A stretch of 64,000 nt of DNA from Cenococcum geophilum (lineage: Eukaryota): assembly GCA_050273025.1 (NCBI GenBank), contig CP158635.1, positions 33,418,001 through 33,482,000 on the forward strand, written 5' to 3'. This document shows positions 24,742 through 38,975 of the stretch, in pieces. Each line of letters begins with the position of its first letter. The first letter of the stretch is position 1. The notes below the pieces were generated by a model. It searched no databases. It was not told the origin of the DNA and saw nothing but the letters and a program-made list of their open reading frames with translations. The position numbers were made by a program, and so were the translations under genes.

Positions 24742-26280
24742 ATGCCTTCTAATATAATAGAATCCCCTAATGTAATAGAAGGCCTTATAGTTAAACGGGT
24801 AAGGGAAATAGTGAGCGTACGGTATTAGTAATTGAGATTAACTTAAGTTACTAATTGGCAATAGTTATACCTTAGTTTTAAAGCGTTTCTAGCCTATAGT
24901 AGCTCCTCTATTCTTAATGTAGTTGGCGAAGGTAAGCTGCCTATACTCGCAACCGTTTTAGATTAATACTACTACCTTTTATAGCATTCTTTATAGAGGA
25001 GAATACGTATTTTATTTAGAATACTTAGTAGTAATGATATGCAGAATAATAAGTAATTCCGATTACGTTATTGGCTTAAATTGGTTTTAATTTATAGCTA
25101 AGCATTACTAAATCAAACTCGCTGTTTAAGCGCTTTCGGAATATAATAAACGAGCTATCCTTAAAGTAGTTAATGATGGCAAGTTATATAGTCGCTATTT
25201 CTATGTTTTAGTGCTAATATTATCCCTAGTTATCTACGGTAAATAGTTTAATAAAGAAGCCTGCCTAGTGGCTGGGGTTAATAGCAAAGACTTTAAAGAG
25301 GAAGATGATATTAGTGCTAAATGTGAACTTAATACCGCCAAATATAAAGGAGCTATGTTTAGGTCGGATGAGTTAACTAGCTAGCCTAAAATGGATTGCA
25401 ATATGCACTTTAATAAGGCTATTCTAGAATATAATATAACCTCTAATAAGTCTGGGCCAGACTATAATATTAGTTCCGTTAAATATAGGCTAGAATATAA
25501 TATGGGCTCCGATGAGTATAGACTAGACTGCGATATAGGGTCTAATAAATTTAAGATAGTAGCTAGGCCAGATTAAAATACGATATTGAACCTAAATATA
25601 AGCACTAAGGAGTATATAATAGCTGAGGACTAAAAGGGTTTTAAAGCGTCTTGGCGCGTTATAAGTCTAAAAATCCGTAGTGGCGAAGAGGTTAAGAACT
25701 ATAATATTAAATCGAACGAGCTAATATATAAAGCTAAGGTATCCGATATAAGGTCTAACAATTCTTATATACTAGCTAAGCTAAATAAGACTACTAAAAC
25801 GAGCGAAAATGATAATAAGCTAGCAGCTACGGGAGAGAGTATAAACTATATTGCGACTACGCTAAAGGCACCCGGTATAGTTGTTATAAAGGATAAGGGG
25901 AAAGGTTAGGGCCTTAGGGGCACTAGAATGGGTAGGACTAGTCCACCTATTGTGGATTTAGTATTATCTAATTCCTTACCTAGCATGCGTAAAAAAAAGC
26001 GCCCTACTTTAGGAATATTTGTGCTGGGCCTAATTGTAAAGAAGCCTAAATAATATTATTATAAGGGGAAGGAAATAAAGCAAATGCTACAATTTGCTAA
26101 ATTGGGCTAGGTAGGGGCTAAAAAGGTATTTATAGCTTTGGAATTGTCGTTAGGAAGTAGCTCCTAAGCCCGATTATATTTAATATTAAGTTTAGAAATA
26201 GAAGCTAGCTATATACTTTCCGAGCACTTATAATATGCCTTTTAAAACACCGTGTATAAGTAAAGGGTAGTTAATTAATA
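24742..26280 (+). pseudogene. Hypothetical protein with short acidic internal repeats
   Basis: ATG at 24742, 82 bp downstream of a palindrome. Coding-like purine-rich frame. ORF 25391-25576 shows about 11-aa repeats (xDYNIxSxxY). Confidence 0.45.
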
Positions 26281-26467
26281 AATTATGGCATAGGAACTAA
26301 AAATATATTTATACCTTTTAAGGTTATAAAGGATAGACGGGCGCGCTAAACTAGGAAGAGCCTAGCTAATATACTTTTAATATGAAAATATGCTGAAATT
26401 AAAATAAACCCTCTGCAACGCGACCAACCATCCTCTTAAAAACTTCACTCCTTTACTTTACTCTGTA

Positions 26468-27270
26468 GTAGCAAAACCAAATGCTTTAAAGAAGGCTCAC
26501 GCTTTCTATTATCCTTATTACAATTACCTACTAACTGGATATATAAAATAGGAGACCGTAAGCTTAAATAGGCAAAATAGATAGTAAGCGCGGTATAATA
26601 AATAGGTTAGGTATATTCCACTAACTAATAATAGCTAATACTTACTACCGAAGATTTATTTTAATATAGTAGTCTTTATATACTTAACGTAATTATAAAT
26701 GGTAAGTTCTATATATTTATTACTATAATAGAATAACGCTAATATACTCGTAGTTCTTTTTCCAAAACTTAATAATAAGAAGGAAAAGTATAATAGGGAA
26801 AAGTTTTGGGTATAAGTAAAAGTAGAAGCTATTACTTAGACTAATTACCCTTTCTACTAACTTATACTAGGTTAAACTCACTATAGAAACTCTAATAAGA
26901 TTTAAGAAGCGGGCCGTCCTTAAGGTTATTAATAATAGTAAGTTATAATTATAGATGCCTGCACCTTATACTAATACCCTATTAGTTCTCTACAGCCTAA
27001 AGGCTAACTTAGAAAGTGTAAGCCTATAGTCTAAAACTAGTAAAGCTAAAAGGCTTATATTAAGGAAGAAGCTAGATAGCTATACGGAGCTTAATAAAAA
27101 GTATACTATACTAACGTAGACTAATAATATCGTAGAGCTTAAGGAGAAGGGAACTGCTGCTAGTCCTTCTCTAGCCAATCCTAAAAGAAAACGAAAAGAT
27201 TAGGTAGAGTTATCATTATTAAGTAATAGACCGAATAAATAGCGCCGGGCAAAGCAGATAAATTAGGGGT
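26468..27270 (+). pseudogene. Unknown family B, copy 1
   Basis: Spliceosomal intron signals are present. 26330-27495 is a close paralogue of 29310-30490, flanks included. Confidence 0.6.
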
Positions 27271-27815
27271 AGGAAAGATAATAGCACGTATTACAAATAT
27301 AAGAAGTTAAAATTAGTAGGCTCTAAATACCTAGGTAGCTGTTATAGCGAACCTATATAACTTTTTAATGGTAGTTATAGTTTCGGTATATTTATATACT
27401 AAAAGACCACCTAATTATTAATATGAATTATTCTAGTTATAGTGTAGACTAATATAATGCGCACGAATAGAACTATCCTTTACTTTTTATACTATGTTAT
27501 AAAGCCTTTTAGATTAAAGCTATTATTAGTAGCGGGGTATCTAGTAATACTGTTAGCGTTTTAAAGACGCTAGATAGCTAGGCCTCTATAACCTAGTTAG
27601 GTATATTAAAATAATTTATAATAATGTCCGCATTCTAATAATATGTCGTTGCCGTTTTGTAATATTATAGGAAACAATTTTAGTATAATATTATGCTAAA
27701 GGGTTGTTAGTGGTAGGCGCTAAAGTTTATTAGCTACCTTTCGTAAGACAATTAAAACAACCTCCGCGACGCGACCACTGTCTTAAAAACTCCACTCTTC
27801 TCCTCTACTTGTTTT

Positions 27816-29175
27816 ATAGTAACTAAAATAGCTACCTTAAAGAAGGCTTATATATACTACTTTCCTTACTATCTTTATAACTACTAAAACGCTCTAGTGT
27901 AATAAGGGACCAAGTAAAGGAGCAGGTAAGTATGTAACATTATTAAAACTAATTAGATTTGTACTACTAACTAATAACAGCTAAAGCTTTCTATTAAGGA
28001 GATAATGGAATTCAGTAGGCGGATAGTCCTTTATAGGATTACCTAGAGTAGGTCTTATAAATTTATAGTATTGGAGCGACATTAATACCCTCTAGCTATA
28101 TACCTAGATAAGTTAATATACTTTAAGGAGCCCACTAAAGGGTTTCTTAATGCTAAGAAATAGGTAAGCGATATAATATTACTAAGACGAATTAGCTTTA
28201 GTATATGGCTAATTTATACTAGATAAAGTTTGCTATTAAAGCACTATTAAAATATAATAAATGGGCCGTTTTTAACGTGGTTAATAACGGTAAGCAATAC
28301 AGCTATTATATCAGTATTACAATGCTAATGCTTTATTAGTTCTTTTTGGCGAAAAGATAGATAAAGAAACTATAAACGCGAAGAGCTGTAGGCCTTTAAT
28401 AGCTAAGAAAGGTTATGAAGACTTTAATGATAATGAAGACCGTTATGCTAAAGGGAATAAGGATATTAATACCGAAGAGGATAAGGGCATTAACGCCGAA
28501 GAGGATAAGGATATCGGTACTAAAGAGGGTAAGGGTGTTGGTACTAAAGAGGATAAGGATATTAGTATTAAAGAGGATAAGAATATCGGTACTAAAGAGG
28601 ATAAGAATATCGGTACTAAAGAGGATAAGGATATTAACACTAAAGAGGATAAGGATATCGATACTGAAGAGAATAAGGATATTAATATTGAAGAGAATGA
28701 GGATTGTAACACGATATTGTATAAATTAATAGCTGGGTTTAAGGTAGATTCTAATACGGAGTCTAATAAGTTTAGTATACTAGCTGAGCTAAAGCAAGAT
28801 ATAAGCCTAATAAATGCTAGAGCATTAACTAAGGTCGCTAAAAGTAATATGGCCAGCAAATATATTGCTAGCATTAATAAACTTGCGGATTTAGTAAACT
28901 AGAGTAGTTCTTTTAAACTTAATTTTACTCCTATAAAGGATCGCAGAAACTAAAAGGCTGTTAACTTAAAGTAAAAGAAGGGACGTTTACCGGCGACTAG
29001 TAAGATGTCTTCCTCTAAAACGGACAAAAAGTGAAAGTCGAGATTATTTCTTATCTAGTTGGGAATTAGTTAAGTTAGGTAGAGGCTTAAAAGGTATTTC
29101 TAGCTTGTAGAGTATTATAAGGAAGTGGCTCCTAGGCTAGATTACGTAGAAAGCTAATATTAGGCTAAGAAATAG
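27816..29175 (+). pseudogene. Unknown family B, divergent copy 2 with an acidic repeat insert
   Basis: Same N-terminus (MVxK...KKA), same intron layout and same LKLxxExLxEF..VL exon motif as copies 1 and 3. Confidence 0.55.
28455..28705 (+). repeat. 24-bp coding tandem repeat (about 10 units, TKEDKDIG, probably TEEDEDIG before RIP)
   Basis: Repeated unit actaaagaggataaggatatcggt. Confidence 0.85.
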
Positions 29176-29445
29176 AACCTAGCTATTTACTTTCAGTGCA
29201 TTTATATATGTCTTTCGGTAAACTATACCAGCTAAAGGTAGATAATTGATAAATTCTGGTATAGAAATATGCTAAAAGCATATTTATACTTATTGAGGCT
29301 ATAGAAAATAGGCGGAGTGTGTTAACTAGAAAGAGCCTAGCCGGAGCTAATATACTTTTGATATGAAAACATACTAAAATTAAAACAATTCCTTTGCTGC
29401 CAACTATCCTTTTATAAACTCCACTTTTTTTTTCTTCTCTATTTT

Positions 29446-30270
29446 ATAGTAACAAAACTAAAATACTTTAAAGGAGGCTCCTACCTTCTATTCTCCGCGC
29501 TATTTTATCCTACTAGCTAAATAATGTATAAAATACCTTAATATAATAGGAGATTAAGATAAACTTAAATGGGTAAAGGAGGTAGTAAGCGCGTAGCACT
29601 ACTATAATAGATCGGGTTCGTTATACTAATTAATAATAGTTAAAGCTCTATACTGAAGATTTATTTTAATATAGTGGCTATTATATGCTTAATATAGTTA
29701 GAAATAGTGAGTATTATATACGCGATGCTAATTTGGAATAATGCTAATACTATTATAGCACTTTTTCTGGAACGCGATGACAAGAAGGAAAAAAGTAAGA
29801 AGAAAGTCCGTACGGAAATGTAAGTAAGCGCTATTACTCTATTTAGACGAATTACCCTTGTTTTATTAACCTATACTAGGTTAAACTCGCTATAAAGACG
29901 CTAATGGAATTTAAAAAGCGGGCTGTCCTTAAGGTTATTAATAATAGTAAGTCGTATAGTTATAGATGCCTGCACTTATACTAATACCCTATTAGTTCTC
30001 TATAGCCTAAAGGCTAACTTAGAAGGCGCGAACCTATAGTCCGACCTGCAGTCTAACCCGTAGTCTAAAGATTATACTAAAGATAAAAAGCCTGCTGTAT
30101 AAAAGAAGCATAATAATATTATAGAGCTTAAGAAGTAGGTAGACTAGCTAATTACTACTACTCCTTCTCTATTTAAGCCTAAGAGAAAGTAAAAGGATTA
30201 GGTAGAGTTATTGTTACTAAGTAATAAACCGAATAAATAGCGCTAGGTAAAGTAGATAAATTAGAGGCAG
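29446..30270 (+). pseudogene. Unknown family B, copy 3
   Basis: Paralogue of 26468-27270. Confidence 0.6.
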
Positions 30271-30780
30271 GAAAGGTAATAGTATGTATTGCGAGTTAAG
30301 ATTAGTGGGCTCTAAATACCTAGGTAGCTGTCTTAGCGAACCTATATAACTTTTTAATAGTAGTAATGGTTTCGATATATATATATGCCGAAAGACCACC
30401 TAATTATTAATATGAATTATTCTTGTTATAATGTAGACTAATATACTATGCACGAACAGAACTATCCTCTACTTTTTATACTAAGTCGCGAAGTTGGTAA
30501 CTCTATAAATGCGATACCGTATAATATCCCTTAGGACTTACCTAAAGTTATATTCGGGACTATACAGTATTAATAATAAATATTAAAGTTGTAGTGTTCC
30601 GAAAAATTACTAAAAGATTAATGATCGTGGTTTTAGCATATTGTTATGCTAAAAGGCGGTAAGTAAGCTAGTTGTTAATGGCAACCTTAGAGTTTTTGAA
30701 AATATTTACAATAATATCGCCTATTTTTCCCTACTACCTACTTCCGAACCTATTGTTCCGAAAAATTAAATATTCTCTTT

Positions 30781-32326
30781 ATAGCTAAGCTTATTTCTTT
30801 AACTTAGCTAACTTCTTTTAACCTAGCCACTCTCTATAATAATAGATCTAGTTAACCTAAAAAATAAGTCTATTTTATACGAAGTTCCGCTAACGCCTGC
30901 TATTAGAGAAGTAGTAGTTAAAGTAGGTCCTTATAATAAAGTGAATCCAAAACCGCTTACTAATACGCGCTTAGCTCCTTAGGGGAATGTTTAAACTTCT
31001 AAAAGATTTTTATAATGACCTAGTATAATATATATACTGTATCCGCCTCTTTAGAATATACCTTAATATTCTAAAGGAAAAGAGTAAAAAAGAGGTAGAT
31101 AAAGCCTTTAGAGCGAAAATAGTTGCTATAATAGACACTATAATAGTAGGCGACTATAGTTTGGAGCACGCTAGTAACTGGTATAATAGTGCGGAGGTAG
31201 CTGGAGAACCCTTAAAATAGGAACCTAGTTATAATCTAGTTGGTAATTTAAGATATTTTAATTTTGGGAAGTATAAAGAACTTAAGGAGAGTATTAAAAG
31301 TCTACATACGCCGGTTATTACTACGTCTTTAGTAGAAAAAGTCCTCCTTCTTATTATATATGGTCTTACTAAAGCTTATAGCGTTGAGTATATTATAGAA
31401 GTAAGAGACGATTTCTTTGCAGCTATTTAAGAGGTTTATTTTACTATTATAAGGGATAATAAGGCCGAATTAATAGATATAAGTAATGAAAAGGTGGTTA
31501 ATATTACTAACTTCTTCTTTTACTACACTATGGGCAAGCCGGCACTGTAACGCTTAAGCTCCTTAGTATCCTTATATAATAAAAAGGACGTAAATAGGGA
31601 CAATAGAGCTGTTTCTAAGAGAGCGGATATGGCGGTAGAAAATACCGAAAACCCTAAGCTTAAGAAGTTCTTTAAAACTATAGGGAATGTTATAAGATCT
31701 TTAGGAAGCAGCAACAGCGTTATATACTAAATTTACGTTAATTATATATATATGGAACTTGCAGTTATATACTCGGAGCTTATAGCGGAAGTAATAGAGA
31801 AGAAGATTTTAAAAAGGTAGAGAGTATTAAATATGGCGTTGGGAAATAAACTTTTAAAAAAGGGTTTTAAAACTAAGAAAGGAAAAGGGCTGAAAACGGC
31901 GCTTATAGACTATATTTGTTACAAACTTGTTATTAATAGGAATGTACTAGATAACAGAATCTAGGGCAGAAAGGCACTTCGGTTATTAGTTGACCACTTT
32001 AGCGCTGAAATTATTATAGTAATACCTGGAAATAGTATGGCTGTATAAGTTAACGCCTTTTTAAGAGTAAGTAAATACTAATAGTTGCGAGACTGTAACG
32101 GTTCGGAGCGTAGGTTATAGCCCGAGTTTATCCAATATTGCTTAAAAAGGTATAGTTTGTAATAAAGCTTAGTAATATTATAGGTAAAACGGTCTATTAG
32201 CCGATGGTTATAGGCTAACCCCTTAGGATTTAAGAGATTAAGATTACCGGTAAGGTACTTTTAATAACCCTACTTAAGGATACCGATAAAGTAAAGAGCG
32301 TAGATAAGATAGAGGTGGATTTATAG
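30781..32326 (+). pseudogene. Unknown family A, copy 1
   Basis: Conserved ITNFFF..MGKPAL motif at about 31503, a shared 3' intron and a C-terminal MEVDL*. Confidence 0.75.
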
Positions 32327-32839
32327 TAGATCTGTCGACCTAAATTAGGTTATCTTATTACCGACTTAGCTACCTCTTATTGACTTGGTCACCTACCCCT
32401 TATTTCTATTACTACCCTTTACCCCCTTTTTGTTCTTATTTCCTATACCTTTCCTATATATATATAGAGGCTTTTAAAGCTATATTTAATAGACAGAGTC
32501 CTTATTCTTTTCTTATAATCGGTATATAAACATCTAATTAATATTACTAAAGAAAACCAATAAGTAAGAATGCATTTTAACTATATAGCACTAAGTAGTA
32601 TTAGTATCCTTATACATATTATATAAGCACAGCACGGCAGTTACTATTAGACTATAAAGTGTGTATTAATTGCTCCCTATAGGGAATTAAAGTGGCATTA
32701 GTAAAAAAAAAGTTTAGTATATTAATATGCCAAAAGCAAGTTATAAGTTGTTAAGGAAACCGCTTAAGTTTTCTATAATAATATCGCCTATTTCCCTTTA
32801 CTACCTACTTCCTTTCTTTACTACCTACTCCCAAACCTA

Positions 32840-34536
32840 TTGCTTCCTTTAGAGTTAAACATTATTATTCTTTAAGCGAGCCCACCACTTTTAACGCGGC
32901 CGCTCTTTATAATAGCTAATTTAGTCACCCTAAAGAATAAGTCTATTCCGCTTAAGGTACTAGTAATGCTAGCCGTTAAGGATATAGTACTTAAAGTAAG
33001 GCTTTTTAATTTACTAGACTAAAATATGTCTCCTAATATATCCTTAGCAAATTGGCTGTATAGATAAAGTCCTTTAAGCTTAGGATAATCCTGCGTAAAC
33101 TAATATTATAATTTAAATAATTAATAGGTATCTTGATGGAATTGAGAAAAAGCTAGAAAGTATAACTAATTAATCCTCTAGTACCGTAACAGCTACTACT
33201 ATAGGCTCGTTACAGGATATAGTGGAGGTTGAAGCCGGTGATAAGAACTATATTAATAGTGGGTATAATAATTCTGCCGAGGATAAAGTGGAGGAGGAGG
33301 AGGTTAAAGATAATGTGGACTATAATATTCTAAATTTTCTTAAGGAAGCTAAGAAGGGAGAAGTTATAGACTAAGAAGAAACTATAAAAAAGGAGGGAGA
33401 TGGATATAGAGGTAATACGTTAGTAGAATAAGGAAAGGAAGCTAAATATAGAGATAATGCTCTAGTAAAATAAGAAGCTAGGGGTTTAAATATAAAGAAA
33501 GCTACTATAAAAGTCTCCTAGATAAAGGAGAAGAAACTTCTTCTAATTATACTAGATATCTCCGATAACTAGAACGTTAATAATATTACTGCTATAAAAG
33601 ACAAGTTCTTTATAGCAGTTCACGGTCTAACAGTTAAGATAAGGAAAAATAATAAAAATATTATTAAGGAGATTATAGAAGAGGAAGCCGTTAATATTAT
33701 AAACTTCTTCTTTAGTTAGATTATGGGCAGGCCAGCACTTAGTTGTCTCTCTTTACTTATATAGTTATATAATAAATATAGTAATAGTGAACTAGATAAG
33801 GGAATTTCTAAGAGAGCCGATAAGGTAGTAAAGAACACTAAGCATACTACCCTTAAATACTTTTTCGTAACTATAGGAGCTGTTACTAGGGCTAGTAGAC
33901 TAAACAATAGCATTATTTAGTAAATCTACTACCTCCGTATGCTTAAGGATCTAGTAGAAGCTTATATAAAGCTTATTGCTAAGGTATCTACTAAAAAGCT
34001 AACTGTAATAGGGAAGGAAAAGAAGAAGAGACTGCTAGAGGAACTTAAGACTTAGGGCTATAGTATTAATATTAGATAAGGCTAGAAGACTGCCGTTAAT
34101 AAGTATATCTATAATAAGCTCGGATATACTTAAACTATACTCTCTAATAAAGTATAAAGCAGAAAGGTTGTCTAAGTATTAGTAGACGAATTCGGCACCG
34201 GAATTGTTCTAGTAATACCTATAGGCGGGCTTTATAAGTAAGTTAGCACCTAGTAAACAAATAAGTATAGTGCTAATAGCTGTAAGTTTATAAAATTTCA
34301 ATACTCTAGTCTTAGCTAAGGTCTATCTAATTTTAAACTAAAAGGCACCTATCTTACGAGAGCTCTGCTAAATTGTTAACAATATTATCTATTAGCCGTT
34401 AATTATTGGTCAGCCTCTTAGGGTTTAGGAGATTAAGACTACTAGCAAAATATTTATAGATAGCCTACTTAAGGATGCTAAGAAATTAGAGGCTGTAGAG
34501 GCGGAGAATGCGAATATAATGGAGGTGGATTTGTAG
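32840..34536 (+). pseudogene. Unknown family A, copy 2
   Basis: NFFFxQIMGRPALS at about 33700 and C-terminal MEVDL*. Confidence 0.75.
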
Positions 34537-35111
34537 TAGAGAGCACCTATTTTAGAGAACTACTAGATAATTACTTAGGTAATAGTTAACTTAATTACTT
34601 AGTAGTTCTTAAGCTACGTTTTATAAAGACAGAGAATAAGGTAAATGTTTTAGCATGCTAATATGCCTAAATATCTTATATAATAATATAAAAATATTAG
34701 AGATTACCTAGTATAAACAAAGTGCCTTACTATGCTAGTAGCTACACTAATCTTTATATCTCGTTGTAAGCGCGTATTAGTCGCGCTAATTAAATGGCGT
34801 AAATTTATCCCCTTTAGAATTAATATATATAGCCACTTCTTTACTAAACCGGGCCCTCCAGATCGGTTTTTAAGCCGCTGCTATTAGTATACCTACCCTT
34901 ATTACTCTATATATTAGAATTTGTAATTCGCAAGAGAACAGTATAATATTTATAATTTTGGCGTATTAATATGCTAAAAGGAGGTCGGATAGCAGAAGTT
35001 AGGTAGGCCTATTATTAATAGCAACCCCACTAAGTTTTTGACAACACTTATAACAATATTACCTATTTAAATTTTCCCTTACCACCTCTTCTGAACCTAT
35101 TACTTCCTTTA

Positions 35112-36731
35112 ATATCCGCTTTAAAGCTAAGCTTATTTCTTTAACCTAGCCTATACTTTTAACGTTGCCGCTCTTTATAATAGTAGATTTAGTTACCCTA
35201 AAAAACAAGTCTATTTAACGTAAGGTTCCGCTAATACTAGCTGTTAAAAAAGCGGTAGTTAAGGTAGGGCCTTATAATAAAATAAATCTAAGACCACTTA
35301 CTAATACGCGCTTAGATCCTTAGGGGAATGTCTAAACTTTTAAAGGGTTTTTATAATAACTTAGTATAATATATACACTATATCTGTCTCTTTAAACTAT
35401 ACCTTAATACCCTAAAGGGAAAAAGCGAGGAAATGGAAGATAAACCCTCTAAACTAATAATAGCTGCTGCTAAAAACTCCTTGGGAACTAAAGAGGAACC
35501 CTAACGTAATAATAATAAATATATCGATAGCGGGCATAATAGTGTTGGTAAAGACGAAGATAATATAGATAAAGATATTCTAAACTTTCTTAAGTAAAGC
35601 AATGAGGGAGGAGCCGTAGAAGAAGATAAAGCTAAAGATAGAGAAGAGGCCGAAGCTAAAGCTAAAGATAGGGGGGAAGCTGCTGCCGAAGAGGAAGCGG
35701 AATGCTTAGATAGAGCTGAGAATATAATAACAGTCTCTAAGCTAAGAAAGAAGGGACTTCTTCCTATTAAGTTTAACCTAAGTAAGGCTGTTAATATTGC
35801 ATATATTACGGGAGCGCGAGATAAATTCTTTGCCGCAGTTCGCCTTCTTAAGTTTAACGCTTTAACGAATAATAAGAAGACCGTTATAAGGGTAACCGAA
35901 GATAATATAATTAAAATTACTAACTTCTTCTTTAGTTAGATTATGGGTAAGCTGGCACTTAGTTGTCTCTCTTTACTTATGTAGTTATATAATAAGTATA
36001 ATAACTATAAATTAGATAAGGGAGTTGCCGAGTAAGCCTAAGAGGCTATAAGAAGGACAATTAATTGTACTCTAAAACACTTTTTTAAAACTGTTAGAAA
36101 ATCTAAGGTATCGTCTAGAGGCTCTAATAGTATTATTTATTAGATCTATATTATTTATATATATATTAAACTTACGGACGCGTATATTAAGCTTATTAAG
36201 GAAGCTATATATATAAGTAAAGCCATTAAAGAGGAGAAAGTAAAGAAGAAGGCTCTGAAAACTGAGCTTAGATTAAAGGGGTGTTCTACTACGAAAGGAA
36301 AAGGCCTAAAATCGGCGATGATCCAGTATATTTGTTGTAAATTAGTTATAAAGAGAAATGCACTAGACTATAGAACCTAATGTGGAAAGTCTGTTAAGAG
36401 CTTAGTTAACTAGGTCGGCCTTAGGATTATCCTAGTACTGCTAGAAGGTAGTATAAATGTATAAGTTAACGCCGTCTTAGAGGTTAATACCATACTAATA
36501 GCAGTAAGCCTATATTGATTTAATGCTTAGGTTATAGCCTAAGTCTATCCAATTTTACTTAAAACGGCATCTTTTCTAAAACCAATTTGCGAAATTATTA
36601 ATAAGACTATCTATTAGCTATTGGCAATTGGCCAGCCCTTTAAGGTTAGGGCGATTAAGGCTACTAGGAATAATCTCTTAAATAGTTTAAATAAGGCTAT
36701 TAAGGAGGCAGATAAGATGGAGGTGGATTAA
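35112..36731 (+). pseudogene. Unknown family A, copy 3
   Basis: ITNFFFxQIMGKxALS at about 35916 and C-terminal MEVD*. Confidence 0.75.
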
Positions 36732-37329
36732 CCCTAATAGAGTAGGGTGGCGTAGTAGCGTAGAATAGTCTGCTTTTTGTTTTCTAAAATTACGTAGTAT
36801 AGGCCTTATATAGGGCTAAGGAGCTTAAATTCTGGACTCTACCTTACTAATATAATATCTTTACTAGGCTAAGATTTCTTTATAATTATAGGGCTGCCTA
36901 CTAAGAGAGTTTTATAATATTAATTACGTTAATAATAAGCGATAGATAATATAGATATTACTAATACAGATTTAAACCTAGTCTTATTTATAGTAGTTAT
37001 TAGTACTAACTAACTAAGGCGGAGTTTCTATATTCGCATTAATATACGGGACACTGTTATATAGAGCGAGATTTATACAAAATACACTAATAAGGATAGT
37101 TAACAGTAACTATAAGTATTTAATATATAGTAGCGAAGCATACTAATATAGAAACTAGGTTTATATTTATACTTAGAAGCTCTAGCTCTAACCGTATAAT
37201 AAAGAGGGCTTATATAATAAATAAAGCCGTTAATAAATAAACTATCTATCTAGCCAAATCTATTTTACGCCGTGGTAAGAATTATAGGAGTGTTGGTATA
37301 TAGCTAGCCTAGTAGCCTAAGAAGACCTA

Positions 37330-37900
37330 CTAGTAATATTAGTAACTAATCCGCGGTTATTAACTCTTTTAGAGTTTTGCTAGAAGTACTAACGGAGTAT
37401 TTAGCTTATTATCTGCGCTTAGAGGATAAAAAGGATCGGCATCGCCGTATTTATAGCCTGGTTTTTCATTCTCTTTAAATTTGTAAATGTTGTAATATAA
37501 TTAGCTCTTGTATGGTATGACTTTATTAAATAAGGCGAGTATCTAGGCTCTTTCCCGCTCCTTCTCCCTCGCTACTAGTTCTTTCTCTCTTAATACGCAA
37601 TACTCCTCTATTAAGGCAATACAGCTACTATAAAAGTAGTCGTAATCGTTGTCTGCACTAAGTGGATGAAAGATATCTATGTCGCAGTATTTGCAGTCTA
37701 GTTCTTCATCCTTAATATATTTATTAATGTTGTTATATATATCGCCTGGATGTGGTAGGACTTTGTTAACTAACGCATGTAATCTTTCTATAGCTATAGT
37801 ACTACTTAGATATTAGCGGTATAAATATATCCTAGGACGTTCTATATACTTACTAGACAGTAGGGATTGCTAATTAAAAAGCGTTATTTGGAGGCGGCTA
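37330..37900 (-). pseudogene. Small hypothetical protein with a duplicated ~40-aa unit
   Basis: Two units, KVLPHPGDIYNNINKYIKDEELDCKYCDIDIFHPLSADN and KVIPYKSxLYYNIYKFKENEKPGYKYGDADPFYPLSADN. Confidence 0.5.
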
Positions 37901-38290
37901 GTTGCTAAAAGGTGAATAGTATTAATAGCGTAATAAGTGTAATAGTATTAAACTAAAGGAGCAGTGGCTTTAAGGAGTCTTTATTTCGGCATATTGTTAT
38001 ACTAAATAGGGCTATACTAAAAGTAGATGCCGCGCTAACTAGTTAAGGCGTTAGGCGCGAGAAGGAAGATAGAATCTAGATTTTGGTATAGTAATATACC
38101 GAAACCCGCTTATTTAATAACGCAGCCCTAATAATATTAATTCACTATCTATATAAAACACGCCACTTTATAATTCGCCCTACCTCTACTCTAAACTACT
38201 GCTTAGCTACTTAGTATATACTGTAACCAACCTTCTACAAAGCATATCTCATAATCTTTTATATAGTATTTACTATCACCACTTCTATAA

Positions 38291-38975
38291 ATATAGCAGC
38301 CGCGATAATAGAGTAAGTAGTATTAGAGGTAAGTACACTAAAATAGTAAAGGTTAATATTTAATAGCCTAATAACCGGATTTAGATGGAATAATAGATAG
38401 CTATTATCTTAAGATATAACCTAAGTAGGAGTATAATCTATTAAGTCGTGTTTTAAGGTCAGTTCTAATAACCTCTAAATCTTTTAACTAAAGCTTATTA
38501 GACCTAGTTATATACGGAGAAGCTTTTAAAAACCGTAGAGATATAATTGCTAACGATAAGCTGGAAACTAAGAAGGTGGATATAGTAGCTATATCGCGTA
38601 AGAAGAAAGCCTTACTAAGTAAAACGTATAAGAAGAAAATCTTACTAAGTAAAGTGTAACTGCCGCGTAAGGTCCGCGTTAACGAAATCTTATCTAGCGA
38701 TAATAAGGTTGGGCCGAGCCTAAGTAAGAAGGGAAAGGGAAAGGAGGGTAGGGTTTATGCTATATAGGGATAGTTAAGGCGGGCTATGCTACAGACTTAT
38801 AGTTAGGTAGATTTATAATAACAGCGAGAACCGTAAGGTTAAAAAATAGGCTTAGCTAAGGAGAATGTGCTCTTATAAAGATACTATCTAATAATAGTAA
38901 TAGAACTAGATTGGAGGCTATTTAGAGCTCTAGACAGAGCACCCTTTTCACTAAATTTAGATCGATTGATTTAAT
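38291..38975 (+). pseudogene. Small basic hypothetical protein
   Basis: Coding-like frame (…SKKGKGKEG…) downstream of paired palindromes at 37984 and 38081. Confidence 0.35.

Noticed and set aside
28415..28874. Overlapping ORFs (LKRIRI repeats on +, SSLV repeats on -)
   Set aside because: Off-frame and antisense readings of the 24-bp acidic repeat in family B copy 2.
31523..33913. Minus-strand ORFs 31523-31714 and 33716-33913
   Set aside because: Antisense shadows of the family A core.
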